NCBI GenBank assembly: GCA_963818815.1
Contig: CAWFTL010000004.1
Span: 90,717 to 154,716 of the forward strand
Length of the DNA stretch: 64,000 nucleotides
Direction of reading: 5' to 3'
Origin: an uncultured Solirubrobacterales bacterium
Lineage (GTDB): Bacteria; Actinomycetota; Thermoleophilia; Solirubrobacterales; Solirubrobacteraceae
Below are positions 37,317 to 46,802 of the stretch, piece after piece. The position numbers were made by a program, and so were the translations under genes. How positions within the stretch are numbered: position 1 is the stretch's first letter; every line of letters starts with the position of its first letter. The notes below the pieces were generated by a model. The model had not been told where the DNA came from and did not search any database. It worked only from the letters and a program-made list of their open reading frames with translations.

Positions 37317-39206
37317 CTACGCGGCGATCGGCGTACGCCGGCCGCCCTTGGCCGGCACCGACTCGATGATCACCCGGCAGGGGCGCTCGCGCAGGACGGT
37401 CTCGAGCGTCTTCCCGAACCCGCCGCCGGGCGCCGCCATCGGCATGACGATCGCGCCGGCGCGCATCGCGCGAGCGTTGTCGACGATCACGCGGCCGGTC
37501 TGACCGGGTCTGACCTTCTCCCAGTGGCCGGACACGCGGCGCCCGGCCTGGACCTTGGCCTCCTCGATGATCGAGGCCGCCGCGGCCTCGTGCTCGGGTA
37601 TGGCGGCGCCGATCGGGCTGCTGGCCGGCACGGTGATCGTGACCAGCACGTGGATCCCGCGCCGGCGCCGGGCCGCCATCCGCGTCGCCGTGGCCATCAC
37701 CTCGGGCACGTAGCCGCGCTCGTCGAAGGCGACCAGTACCGACTCGTACTCGGCCTCGGTGTCGACCGCGGGCTGGGGAATCGCGACCTTGGCCGTGGTC
37801 GTGAGATCGAGGCCCTGCTGGCGACGGTAGGCGATGAACACGCAGACCCCGATGGCCAGCCAGCCGACACCGGCGGCGGCCACGGTTGCGTGCAGCGCGG
37901 TCACGGTGACGAAGGCCAGGAACGTCCCCAGACCGCCGAGGACTGCGAACAGCGGCAGCTCGCGGCCGGCCAGGCGCAGATTGCCCGGACCCCGGTACGG
38001 CCGCTTGCGGTCGGGATCGCGCAGCCGCAGCCGGATGACGGACAGGTGCGCGATCGTGAACGACAGCATCGCGCCGAAGGCGTACATGTTGCCCAGGAAG
38101 TCGGCCTGGCCCGGGATCAGCGTGATGCAGGCGATGGCGCCGAAGGCGATGATCCCGATCCAGGGCGTGCGAAAGCGCGGGTGCAACCGGCGCAGAGCAT
38201 CGGGGACCTGGCGGTGCAGCCCCATCGAGTAGACCAGGCGCGAGACGCCGATGATCCCGGCGTTGGTCGCGATGAACAGGATCGTCGCTGCCAGCAGCCC
38301 CACGTAGATCTCGCCGGCGTGCTGGAGAGGGCCAAGGTTCAGGTGCTTGACGATGCCCAGCACCGGATCGCCGGCGAAGCCGCCCTGCTGCTCGCTCAGC
38401 CCGAGCAGCGTCTGGCAGTGCCCATTGACGCAGCGGACGGGAAGCGCCGACAACGCCACCGCCGGGAGCGCGGCGTAGATGGCGAACACCGCGATCACCA
38501 CGCGGTTGATCGCCTTGGGGATGGTTCGCTCCTGGTCCTTGGCCTCCTCGGCCATGTTCGAGATCGTCTCGATCCCGGTGTAGGCGATCATGCCCACGGG
38601 GATCGCGATCAGGAAGTCCCGCCAGTGGGGAACGGTTCCGAGGTGGACGTTGGCGATCAGCGTGTGCCCGTCGAACACGAGGACCAGCCCCAGCGCGACG
38701 AGCAGCACCTGGGTGGAGAAGTCGACAATGGCCAGCGCCACGTTGACCCTCGTCGCCTCGGTGATGCCGACGACGTTGATCGCGCCCAGGAGCGCGATCA
38801 CGCCGATGCCGAAGAAGATGTCGCCCGGCGAGGTCTTCAGGAAGGGGAAGAACAGCCCGCCGAGGTAGTGCGGGACGAAGAACGCCGAGATGGCGATCGT
38901 GATCACGTAGTTGAGCATCTGGCCCCAGGCGGCGAAGAACGACCAGAACTCGTTGAAGGCGTGGCGGGCGAAGCTCGAGGAGCCTCCCGCCTCGGGATAC
39001 ATCGCCGTGGCCTCGGCGTAGGTGGCGGCGGTCAGGTAGAAGATCACGCCACTGACCACAAATACGATCGGGGTCAGGCCGAGAGCCAGCGAGGCGACGA
39101 GACCGAGCGCGTAGTAGATCGAGGAACCGACGTTCCCGTACGCGCTCGAGGCGAGCGCGTTGACACCGAGGACGCGTTGCAGGCCCGGCAGCCGCCGCTC
39201 GGCCAT
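37317..39206 (-). CDS. APC-family permease-USP fusion, copy 2
   Basis: ATG 39206. YGNVGSSIYYALG, YPEAGGSSSFARHAF, YTGIETISNMAEEA, C-terminal USP with RERPCRVII. Confidence 0.88.
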   Translation of the reverse strand: MAERRLPGLQRVLGVNALASSAYGNVGSSIYYALGLVASLALGLTPIVFVVSGVIFYLTAATYAEATAMYPEAGGSSSFARHAFNEFWSFFAAWGQMLNYVITIAISAFFVPHYLGGLFFPFLKTSPGDIFFGIGVIALLGAINVVGITEATRVNVALAIVDFSTQVLLVALGLVLVFDGHTLIANVHLGTVPHWRDFLIAIPVGMIAYTGIETISNMAEEAKDQERTIPKAINRVVIAVFAIYAALPAVALSALPVRCVNGHCQTLLGLSEQQGGFAGDPVLGIVKHLNLGPLQHAGEIYVGLLAATILFIATNAGIIGVSRLVYSMGLHRQVPDALRRLHPRFRTPWIGIIAFGAIACITLIPGQADFLGNMYAFGAMLSFTIAHLSVIRLRLRDPDRKRPYRGPGNLRLAGRELPLFAVLGGLGTFLAFVTVTALHATVAAAGVGWLAIGVCVFIAYRRQQGLDLTTTAKVAIPQPAVDTEAEYESVLVAFDERGYVPEVMATATRMAARRRRGIHVLVTITVPASSPIGAAIPEHEAAAASIIEEAKVQAGRRVSGHWEKVRPGQTGRVIVDNARAMRAGAIVMPMAAPGGGFGKTLETVLRERPCRVIIESVPAKGGRRTPIAA

Positions 39207-41140
39207 CAGGCCTCCGGCTCGCTGCCGTCGCGATCGGCCGGTGCACCGCGGTGCGCGGGCGGCGCGGTCAGGATGACCCGGCACGGGGCCTTGTTGATCA
39301 CGTACTTGGTCATGTCGCCCACGTAATTGTCAAGCGGGCTGACGCCGCCCAGCAAACCGCCTCCGCGCACGCGCGACGGCTCCTCGGCGGCCAGCACGAT
39401 CGCCTCTACCCCACGGCGCTTGGCCTCACCCACGATCGCCTGCCCGGCCCGCCGCGCCCTGACCATCGCGGTGGCCACCTCGACGCCCTCGTACTCCTCC
39501 CCCACCGCCTTGGCCCGCGCCAGGGCCTCACGCGCCCGCTTGATCTGGCCGTCTGGCAGGGGCGCGTCGAGGGGCAGCGACAGCGGCATCTCGAACACCC
39601 AGATCGCCTCGATGACGGCGCCCTCCTCGACCAGGTCGTCGCGGCTCTCACCCGCCAGCCGGCCCGCCGTCTGCACGATGTCGTCGTCGAGCGCGTTACC
39701 TGAGATGGGGACGAGGATCGAGCCGAACTCGGACTCGAGCGGCTCGTGGCGGAGCGCCCGCTCGGGGATCGTGACCCGGCGCAGCAGCGGCTTCTGCTGG
39801 GTCTTCCGGTACGTGACGTACAGGACGAGGCCGCCGGCCAGCCAGCCCACGCCGACGTAGCGCGCACCACTGTGGAAGATCATCACCGAGATCAGTCCCG
39901 CGGCGGCCAGGAGCCCGCCTGCCACGGCCGGGAGCGGCACCGGCACGCCGCGCACGGGAACCGAGCACGGCACGGCGAATGGCCGCTCTCTGCCCGGCTC
40001 GCGGAAGCGCAGCGCGATCACAGAGACGTGGGCGATCGTGAACGCCAGCAGCGCCCCGAAGGCATAGATCCCGATCAGCAGCTCGAGGTCCCGCGGCACC
40101 ACGAGCGCCCCAGCCGCGACCGCGGCGGCGCCGATGATCACGAACGGTGTCCCCCATCGGCCGCTGAGACGCCCGACGGCGCTGGGGATCTGGCGGTTGG
40201 TGGCCAGCGAGTACCCCACGCGCGAGACGCCGAGCATCGACGAGCCTGCGGCGGCCGCCAGACCCGCCGCACCGCCGACCGCGACCGCGTAGCGCAGGAC
40301 GTCGGAGATCCACTTCGGCCGGAAAGCCTCGACTACGCCGAGGACAGGCGCGTGCAGATGGGTCTGGCCGAGCTGCGTGACGCCATTGGTCACGGGCAGG
40401 GCCGAGATCCCCACGAAGGCGATGCCCACGTAGACGAGCACGATCACGGCCGAGCCCGGCACCACGAGCCGTCTCACCTGCGCGGCCGAGGCCGTCACCT
40501 CGCCTGCGATGCTCGCCGCCGCCTCCAGTCCGGTGAAGGCGATGACCGCCACCGGGAAGGCGAAGGCCAGATCCGACCACGTTGGCGCGCTGCCGAGGTG
40601 GATCGACTCGGTCAGGTGGTGTGGGTGCAGAGCCAGGGCGAGGCCGAGGACGATCACCGCCGCCTGAAGGGCGAGGTCGGCCACGGCGATGATGATCCGC
40701 CGCCGCAGCCGCCGGACGTTCACTCCGGTCAGGTTGTCGACGGCCACGAAGGCGATCACCACCAGGGCCAGCACGACCTGCACGCTGCCCCGTCCGAGCG
40801 GGGCGTAGAAGCCGCCGAGGTAGGCCGGCACCGTGAGCGCGGCCACGGCCAGGAGAATCGTGTAGTCGAGCACGATCATCCAGCCCGCGACGAAGCTGAC
40901 CAGCTCGTTGAAGGCATAGCGCGCGAACACGGCGGAGCCGCCGCGCTCGCGGTGCAGCGCGGCGCCCTCGGCGTAGCTCATGGCGGTGAGCTGGAAGAAG
41001 ATGCCGCCGGCGAGGAAGACGAGCGGCGTGAGCCCGTCGGCGCGGCGCGCGACGACCCCCAGCGCGAAGTAGACCGAGCTGATCGAGGTCGTGTACACGA
41101 CCGCGAACAGCGCGCGGTAGGAAAAGGGCCGCTCGTTCAC
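39206..41140 (-). CDS. APC-family permease-USP fusion, copy 1 (divergent TM1)
   Basis: VYTTSISSVYFALG, ERGGSAVFARYAF, FTGLEAAAS, C-terminal USP (ILVPISG...AIVGEAKRR...APCRVIL). Confidence 0.85.
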   Translation of the reverse strand: MNERPFSYRALFAVVYTTSISSVYFALGVVARRADGLTPLVFLAGGIFFQLTAMSYAEGAALHRERGGSAVFARYAFNELVSFVAGWMIVLDYTILLAVAALTVPAYLGGFYAPLGRGSVQVVLALVVIAFVAVDNLTGVNVRRLRRRIIIAVADLALQAAVIVLGLALALHPHHLTESIHLGSAPTWSDLAFAFPVAVIAFTGLEAAASIAGEVTASAAQVRRLVVPGSAVIVLVYVGIAFVGISALPVTNGVTQLGQTHLHAPVLGVVEAFRPKWISDVLRYAVAVGGAAGLAAAAGSSMLGVSRVGYSLATNRQIPSAVGRLSGRWGTPFVIIGAAAVAAGALVVPRDLELLIGIYAFGALLAFTIAHVSVIALRFREPGRERPFAVPCSVPVRGVPVPLPAVAGGLLAAAGLISVMIFHSGARYVGVGWLAGGLVLYVTYRKTQQKPLLRRVTIPERALRHEPLESEFGSILVPISGNALDDDIVQTAGRLAGESRDDLVEEGAVIEAIWVFEMPLSLPLDAPLPDGQIKRAREALARAKAVGEEYEGVEVATAMVRARRAGQAIVGEAKRRGVEAIVLAAEEPSRVRGGGLLGGVSPLDNYVGDMTKYVINKAPCRVILTAPPAHRGAPADRDGSEPEA

Positions 41141-41158
41141 GTGGTCGTGTCGGCCGCC

Positions 41159-41350
41159 TCAGGTACCCCTGGTCAGCAGGTACAGGCGAGCGGCTCCGGC
41201 GGCTATGAAGAGCAGGCCCAGTACCAGTCCCGTTGCGGCGATCCCTCCCCCCGCGGTCAGCGTGCGTACGACCAGAGCGATCCCGATGACGATCATCAAG
41301 GTCGACATGACCCGCGTAGAGCTCCGTCGGAACTGGCGTCGCTGCTGCAT
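41159..41350 (-). CDS. Small two-TM membrane protein
   Basis: 63 aa, basic N-terminus and two hydrophobic helices, co-oriented within the cluster. Confidence 0.65.
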   Translation of the reverse strand: MQQRRQFRRSSTRVMSTLMIVIGIALVVRTLTAGGGIAATGLVLGLLFIAAGAARLYLLTRGT

Positions 41351-41380
41351 CGCGCCCCGTAGCTTAGGACGCGGCGAGGC

Positions 41381-43216
41381 TCATTCGCGCACGCGAAACG
41401 CCAGTGTCGCGATGACGATGTTGGTCCGCGTCTTCAGCACCGACTCGAGCAGACGGCCCCGCTGGTTGTGAAGGATCTCGTGGCGTCGCTTGCTCGGGAC
41501 GATCACCGGGATCAGGACCACGATCGTGGCGTCCTCGCGCTCCACCGACTTCACGTAGCGCAGAACGCTGCGCACGAGCGAGCGGTGGGGATCGAGCACG
41601 ACCTCGATGGGGATCCCCGGGTCCCAGTCGTCCCAGGAGCGCTTTATCTCCTCGGACTCCTCCTCGTCACCGGCCACGGCCAGCGCGATGGCGGTGTCTC
41701 CGAGCGACAGAGCCGCCGCGACGGCCTTTTCGGTGAGCAGGCTGACAGTGGAACTGGGCACGATGACCACGCTCTCGCGCCGGCGAGGGTGCGGCGGCGT
41801 CTTGCCGAGCTTCAGCTCGCGTGCCACCTCGGCGTAGTAGTCCTGGGTCCGCGCGAAGCCGAGGATCAGCAGCGGCACGGCCACGGTGACGACCCAGGCG
41901 CCCTCGAGGAACTTCGAGGTCAGGAAGACGACGACGGCCACGGCCGTCATCACCGCGCCGGCCCCGTTCAGTCCCGCCCGGAGCTGCCATCTGGCCGGGC
42001 GCTCCTGCCTCCAGTGGCGGACCAGCCCCACCTGGCTGATCGTGAAGCTGAGGAATACGCCGATGGCATACAGAGGAATCAGCTTTGTCGTCTGCGCGCC
42101 GACGGCCACCAGCAGCAGGGCCGCCCCCAGGGCCAGAGCGACGATCCCGTGACGGTACACCGGCCTCTCGGCCCGCAGGTAGAACATGTGGGGCAGGCGG
42201 TGATCGCGGGCCAGCAGGCTCATCAGCACGGGCAGACCGCCGAAGCTCGTGTTGGCGGCCAGGCCCAGGACCAGCGTGACGGCGAGGTTGGACACGTAGA
42301 ACGCCCAGCCCGTCCCGAACGCGCCCGCCGTCAGCTGCGCGAGGACGGTCACGCCGCCCCGCGGCACCACGTGGTGGGCCCGGACCTGAACCGCGAGACC
42401 GATCAGCATCACGGCCAGGAGCACGCCGAGCACGGCTTCCGTGGCCTGGGCGCGCTTGACCCGGGGCGCGCGGAAGGCGGGCACGCCGTTGGCGATCGCC
42501 TCCACCCCCGTGACCGCCGAGCAGCCGTTGGCAAAGGCCTTGAGCAGCAGCACGATCCCGACCGCGGTGCTCGGTGCGACCGGCAGCGGTGTGCCGACAT
42601 GGGCCACGGGGTGCGAGCGCAGCGGCCCCACGACGATGACCGCGATGATGCTCACCACGAACACGGCGGCCGGGAGCATCAGCAGCTTGGCCGACTCCGA
42701 GATCCCGAACATGTTCACCGCCGTGAGCAGCACCAGGCCGGCCAGGGAGACGAGCAGCAGGTGGTGCGCGAGGGACGGAAACACGCTGCCCAGGCTGGCT
42801 GCGCCCGCGGCGAGGCTGACGGCGACCGTGAGCACGTAATCCACGACCAGCGCCGCCGCGGCCAGCAGCGCCGGCCACTTGCCGAGGTTGCGCTTGGCCA
42901 CCGCGTACGCGCCTCCACCCTCGGGATGGGCCGAGATCACCTGCGCGTAGGAGACGACGAGCAGCGCCAGCATGCCCGTGATGACCAGGGTCAGCGGCAG
43001 CGTGAAGCGCAGCGCGGCCGTGCCCGCGGTGACGAGGACGACGACCATCGCCTCCGGGCCGTAGGCGACGCTCGAGAGCGCGTCGAGGCTGAGCGCGGCC
43101 AGCCCGCCGGGGACCCCAAGCTGGTGACCGCCCTCGGAATGCTTTCCGGCGCGCGAGCCTCGTCTCTGTCGGCGGCCGGTTGGGGAGCCAGCTTCCGTCT
43201 CCGGGTGCTCGCTCAC
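41381..43216 (-). CDS. KimA/YdaO-like APC potassium importer
   Basis: LSLDALSSVAYGPE, HPEGGGAY, DYVLTVAVS, AVTGVEAIANGVP, ANTSFGGLP.L, LIPLYAIGVF, HEILHNQ. Confidence 0.88.
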   Translation of the reverse strand: MSEHPETEAGSPTGRRQRRGSRAGKHSEGGHQLGVPGGLAALSLDALSSVAYGPEAMVVVLVTAGTAALRFTLPLTLVITGMLALLVVSYAQVISAHPEGGGAYAVAKRNLGKWPALLAAAALVVDYVLTVAVSLAAGAASLGSVFPSLAHHLLLVSLAGLVLLTAVNMFGISESAKLLMLPAAVFVVSIIAVIVVGPLRSHPVAHVGTPLPVAPSTAVGIVLLLKAFANGCSAVTGVEAIANGVPAFRAPRVKRAQATEAVLGVLLAVMLIGLAVQVRAHHVVPRGGVTVLAQLTAGAFGTGWAFYVSNLAVTLVLGLAANTSFGGLPVLMSLLARDHRLPHMFYLRAERPVYRHGIVALALGAALLLVAVGAQTTKLIPLYAIGVFLSFTISQVGLVRHWRQERPARWQLRAGLNGAGAVMTAVAVVVFLTSKFLEGAWVVTVAVPLLILGFARTQDYYAEVARELKLGKTPPHPRRRESVVIVPSSTVSLLTEKAVAAALSLGDTAIALAVAGDEEESEEIKRSWDDWDPGIPIEVVLDPHRSLVRSVLRYVKSVEREDATIVVLIPVIVPSKRRHEILHNQRGRLLESVLKTRTNIVIATLAFRVRE

Positions 43217-43228
43217 GTCAGCAGGAGA

Positions 43229-43260
43229 CGGGCCGCGCGACCCCGGTGTCGCGCGGCCCG
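43229..43260. terminator. GC-rich hairpin after the osmoprotectant ABC operon
   Basis: CGGGCCGCGCGAC / GTCGCGCGGCCCG perfect 13-bp stem with 6-nt loop. Confidence 0.65.
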
Positions 43261-43267
43261 CTGCTCA

Positions 43268-44245
43268 TCAGGCCAGGCCGTTGGCGGCCAGGAACGAGTG
43301 CGCGACGCTCGCCGGTGACTGCTGGTCGAGCTGCACAGCCGCGTTCATCTTGATGATCGCCGGGAGGGTGAGCAGAGAGCTCACCTTGTTGATGGTCTGA
43401 GTGAAGGCGGGCCCCTCCGCCCGCACGAGGCTCTGCTTGACGACCGGAGCGACATTCTGGAAGCCGAACAGCTTCTTCGTGTCGGCCAGTACCGTGTACT
43501 TCCCAGCCTGCAGCTGCGGGTCGGTGGTGAAGATGGTCGCAATCTTCACCTGCCCCGAGTCGAGTGCCTTGTAGTTGAGGCCCTCGGCCAGCGGCACGAA
43601 CTGCAGCTTGTGCAGCCCATAGACCTTCTCCAGACCGACGAGTCCGTCGTAGCGAGTGCGATTCTCCGCCGGCGCGCCGTAGCTGACCTTCCCGAGCTTT
43701 TGCAGGTCGGCGATGGTCTTCAGGCTGTGGGCCTTGGCGTAGGCCTTGACCGCGGCCAGTCCGTCGGCGTCATAGAAGGGTGTCTGGTCCAACAGGATGA
43801 AACCGTGCTGCTTGACGAAGGCCTGGGCCTCGTTATAGGTCTGCTTGGCGCTGCTGGGTGGCTTGGTGTTGCCGGCGATAGCCGTGAGCAGCGTTCCGGT
43901 GTATTCCGGGTACATCTGGATCTGACCACCCTGAAGTGCCTTCCAGATGATCTCCGAGCTGCCGATGTTGCCCTTGAGCGTCACCGAGTAGCCCTTGGCG
44001 GCGAGAGCCTGCTGGTACAGCGCACCGAGCAGGTACTCCTCGTCGAAGTTCTTGTCTCCGAGCACGATCGGCGGCTTGCCCTTGCCGGGGCCGCTCGCGG
44101 CCGGGGCTGCGGACGAGCTGCCCGTTGCGGTACTGCTGGTCGAGCTGGTCTTGGGACTCGACGACGAGCTGCCGCAGGCAGCCAGCGCAAGCGTCATGAC
44201 GACCGCCAGTGCGCCGGAGCTCCATCCTTTCCATCTCATGTGCAT
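43268..44245 (-). CDS. Osmoprotectant (glycine betaine/choline) ABC substrate-binding lipoprotein, OpuCC/OsmF-like
   Basis: GAGGAGG RBS, lipobox LAAC, GDKNFDEEYLLG, MYPEYTGT, FTTDPQL, FGFQNVAPVV. Confidence 0.9.
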   Translation of the reverse strand: MHMRWKGWSSGALAVVMTLALAACGSSSSSPKTSSTSSTATGSSSAAPAASGPGKGKPPIVLGDKNFDEEYLLGALYQQALAAKGYSVTLKGNIGSSEIIWKALQGGQIQMYPEYTGTLLTAIAGNTKPPSSAKQTYNEAQAFVKQHGFILLDQTPFYDADGLAAVKAYAKAHSLKTIADLQKLGKVSYGAPAENRTRYDGLVGLEKVYGLHKLQFVPLAEGLNYKALDSGQVKIATIFTTDPQLQAGKYTVLADTKKLFGFQNVAPVVKQSLVRAEGPAFTQTINKVSSLLTLPAIIKMNAAVQLDQQSPASVAHSFLAANGLA

Positions 44246-44279
44246 CTGTTTCCTCCTCGTTGGTTTTGTTGGGTGAAAG

Positions 44280-45002
44280 TCAACCTTGGCTGACAGCAGG
44301 CACGAGCGCCGAGGTGGGATCCTCGGCACTGGCGAGCTTGAGTCCACGCGGCGTCAGCACCCGCTGCACTCCGGCTAGAGCGAACTCGATCCCCAGGGCC
44401 AGCGCGGCGATGCAGTAGGCCGCGCCGATCACCCCGGGGAGGCGGTAGCTCGCCTCGTTGTTGATGATGTCCCCGAGGGTGCCGCTGTATCCGGTCAGGG
44501 CCGCGATCGTCGTGGTCGAGATGACGAACAGCGAGGCGGTGCGAATCCCGGCGAAGATGAGCGGGATTCCCATCGGCAGCTCGACCTGGCGGAGGATCTG
44601 CCAGCCGGTCAGGCCCATGCCCCGTGCGGCATCGACGATCTCGCGATCGACGCCGTCGATGGCCACGTACGCATTGGTGATCACCGGCGGAATCGCGAGC
44701 ACGATCAGAGCCAGCTCGACGTTCTCCAGTCCGACGCCGAGAAACGCCACCCCGATGGCCAGCACGGCCAGGCTGGGGAGCGCCCGCCAGACGTTGCCGA
44801 TGTTGATGGCCAAAAACGAGAAGCGATGTATGTGGCCGAGCCACACGCCGAGCGGGATCGCCACGATCAGCGCGATGGCCATGCCGATCGCGGCCACCTT
44901 CAGCGTCTCCAGAGCGAGATGGACCAGCGTGGGCTGGCCCGGGATACCGGCGATCTGCCCGTTGTTGCCGATGAAGTGGAAGGCCTGGATGAAGTTGTGC
45001 AT
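44280..45002 (-). CDS. Osmoprotectant ABC permease
   Basis: RALPSLA, DAARGMG (EAA motif), VELPMGIPLIFAGIR. Confidence 0.92.
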   Translation of the reverse strand: MHNFIQAFHFIGNNGQIAGIPGQPTLVHLALETLKVAAIGMAIALIVAIPLGVWLGHIHRFSFLAINIGNVWRALPSLAVLAIGVAFLGVGLENVELALIVLAIPPVITNAYVAIDGVDREIVDAARGMGLTGWQILRQVELPMGIPLIFAGIRTASLFVISTTTIAALTGYSGTLGDIINNEASYRLPGVIGAAYCIAALALGIEFALAGVQRVLTPRGLKLASAEDPTSALVPAVSQG

Positions 45003-45730
45003 TACGCCCGCGTCCAGGGTGTGAGTACTCGCTGAAGGCCCACGAGCAGCGCATCGGCGACGAGCGCAAGCAGCACGGCCAGGGCGCCGGCAGAGATCAG
45101 CTCGGTCTTGAAGACGTTCTTGGAGATCGCGTCGAGGATCGGCGCTCCGAGACCTTCGTTGTCGATCAACGAGGCCACCGTGGCCAGCGAGATCACGGTC
45201 ACGGTCGCGATCCGCAGCCCGGCAATGATCGCCGGCAGCGCGAGCGGCAGCTCCACCCGCAGCAGCGATTCTGTGGCCCCCATGCCCATCCCGGCCGCCG
45301 CGTCACGGACCTCTTCCGGTACCTCACGCAGCCCGGTGAGAGTGTTGCGGAACAAGATCAGCAGCGTGTATGACACGAGCGCCACCTCGGCCGTGGTACG
45401 GCTCAGACCCAGCCCGGGAATGCCTTCGAGGAGCTCGAACAGGGCCAACGACGGGATCGTGTAGAGGATCGAGGTGACGATGATCACCGGCCGCTCGGCC
45501 CAGCGTCGTCGGTAGGCGATCAGCGCCAGTGCGGTCGAGATGGCGAAGCCGATCACCACGGCGATCACGGTCAGCACGACGTGCTGGCGCACCGCGGGCC
45601 AGAGCAGGGTGCTCCAGTTCTGGCTGAACCAATGCGTGCAGAACAACCGGTTGGCGCGCTCGCAGGCAAACGAGGACGGACTGCCCCCGAAGCTCGGGAT
45701 CACCGGGCCGGAGCTGGCGAGCAGGATCAC
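45002..45730 (-). CDS. Osmoprotectant ABC permease
   Basis: LYTIPSLAL, DAAAGMGMG, VELPLALPAIIAGLR. Confidence 0.92.
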   Translation of the reverse strand: MILLASSGPVIPSFGGSPSSFACERANRLFCTHWFSQNWSTLLWPAVRQHVVLTVIAVVIGFAISTALALIAYRRRWAERPVIIVTSILYTIPSLALFELLEGIPGLGLSRTTAEVALVSYTLLILFRNTLTGLREVPEEVRDAAAGMGMGATESLLRVELPLALPAIIAGLRIATVTVISLATVASLIDNEGLGAPILDAISKNVFKTELISAGALAVLLALVADALLVGLQRVLTPWTRA

Positions 45731-46767
45731 GAGCGGGCCGCGTGGCCGGAGTCGGAGTTCTCGGATCCCAGCAGGCCGCCGACCAGCTCCAGCGTGAGGA
45801 CCCCGGCGGGTTGGTCGTCGTCGTCCACGACGCGGAGCGGGGCACCGCCGGCGGCGAGCATCTGCGAGAGGGCGTCGCGCACCGTCGTCGAGAGCGCGAC
45901 CGGCCGGCCGGTTGTCGGCTGCCCGTCGACCTGCTCGAGCTTCACGTCGCGAAGCGTCGCCAGACCGAGGCGCTTCAGGGCGCGATCCGCGCCGACGAAC
46001 TCGGCCACGAAGTCATCGGCGGGGGCGGTCAGGATCGCCGCCGGTGAGTCGTACTGGGCCAGGTGTCCGCCCTGACGCAGGATCGCGATCTTGTCCCCCA
46101 TCTTGATCGCCTCGTCGATGTCATGGGTGACGAACACCACGGTCTTGCGCACCCGCTGCTGCAGGCGCAGGAACTCGTCCTGCAGGTGCGCTCGGTTGAT
46201 CGGGTCGATCGCGCCGAAGGGCTCGTCCATCAGCATCAGCGGCGGGTCGGCGGCAAGGGCCCGGGCCACCCCGATCCGCTGGCGCTGACCTCCTGAGAGC
46301 TGCGCCGGATAGCGCGAGCCGACCTCGTCGGGGTCGAGGCCGATCAGCTCCAGCAGCTCTCTCACGCGCGCCTCGATCCTCGACTTCTCCCAGCCGAGCA
46401 GACGAGGGACGGTGGCGATGTTGTCGGCGACGCTCAGATGCGGGAAAAGCCCGATCTGCTGAATCACGTAGCCGATCTCGCGTCGCAGCTCGTTCGGCTC
46501 GCGCTCGAGCACGCTGCGGCCGCCGAGCAGGATGTCGCCCCCGCTCAGCGGGATCATGCGGTTGATGAGCCTCATCGCGGTCGTCTTGCCCGAGCCGGAC
46601 GGGCCGACCAGGACGCACACCTCGCCTGCCTCGACGCTGAAGCTCAGGCTCGCGATGGCAGGCTCGCGCTGGCCGCGATAGTGCTTGCAGACATCGCGCA
46701 GCTCAAGCGGCGCCGCTTGCGGGAACGACGAAGGCCCCTCTGACTGGGCGGTGTTTGCGCTGTTCAC
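45727..46767 (-). CDS. Osmoprotectant ABC ATPase (OpuCA/OsmV-like) with short CBS-like tail
   Basis: GPSGSGKTT, INRMI, GYVIQQIGLFPH, LSGGQRQR, LMDEPFGAIDP. Confidence 0.93.
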   Translation of the reverse strand: MNSANTAQSEGPSSFPQAAPLELRDVCKHYRGQREPAIASLSFSVEAGEVCVLVGPSGSGKTTAMRLINRMIPLSGGDILLGGRSVLEREPNELRREIGYVIQQIGLFPHLSVADNIATVPRLLGWEKSRIEARVRELLELIGLDPDEVGSRYPAQLSGGQRQRIGVARALAADPPLMLMDEPFGAIDPINRAHLQDEFLRLQQRVRKTVVFVTHDIDEAIKMGDKIAILRQGGHLAQYDSPAAILTAPADDFVAEFVGADRALKRLGLATLRDVKLEQVDGQPTTGRPVALSTTVRDALSQMLAAGGAPLRVVDDDDQPAGVLTLELVGGLLGSENSDSGHAARS

Positions 46768-46802
46768 GAGAAAGCCGGGCCGGGTAGGCGAAGCCTACTG
46801 AT

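Noticed and set aside
37524-43318. Long plus-strand ORFs (37524-39326, 39746-41362, 41468-43318)
   Set aside because: Mirror frames of the APC transporters; no recognisable domains.
46776-46802. Short palindrome GTAGGC-GAA-GCCTAC between the divergent ABC ATPase and MFS genes
   Set aside because: A 6-bp stem is too short to distinguish from chance; no adjacent regulator gene.
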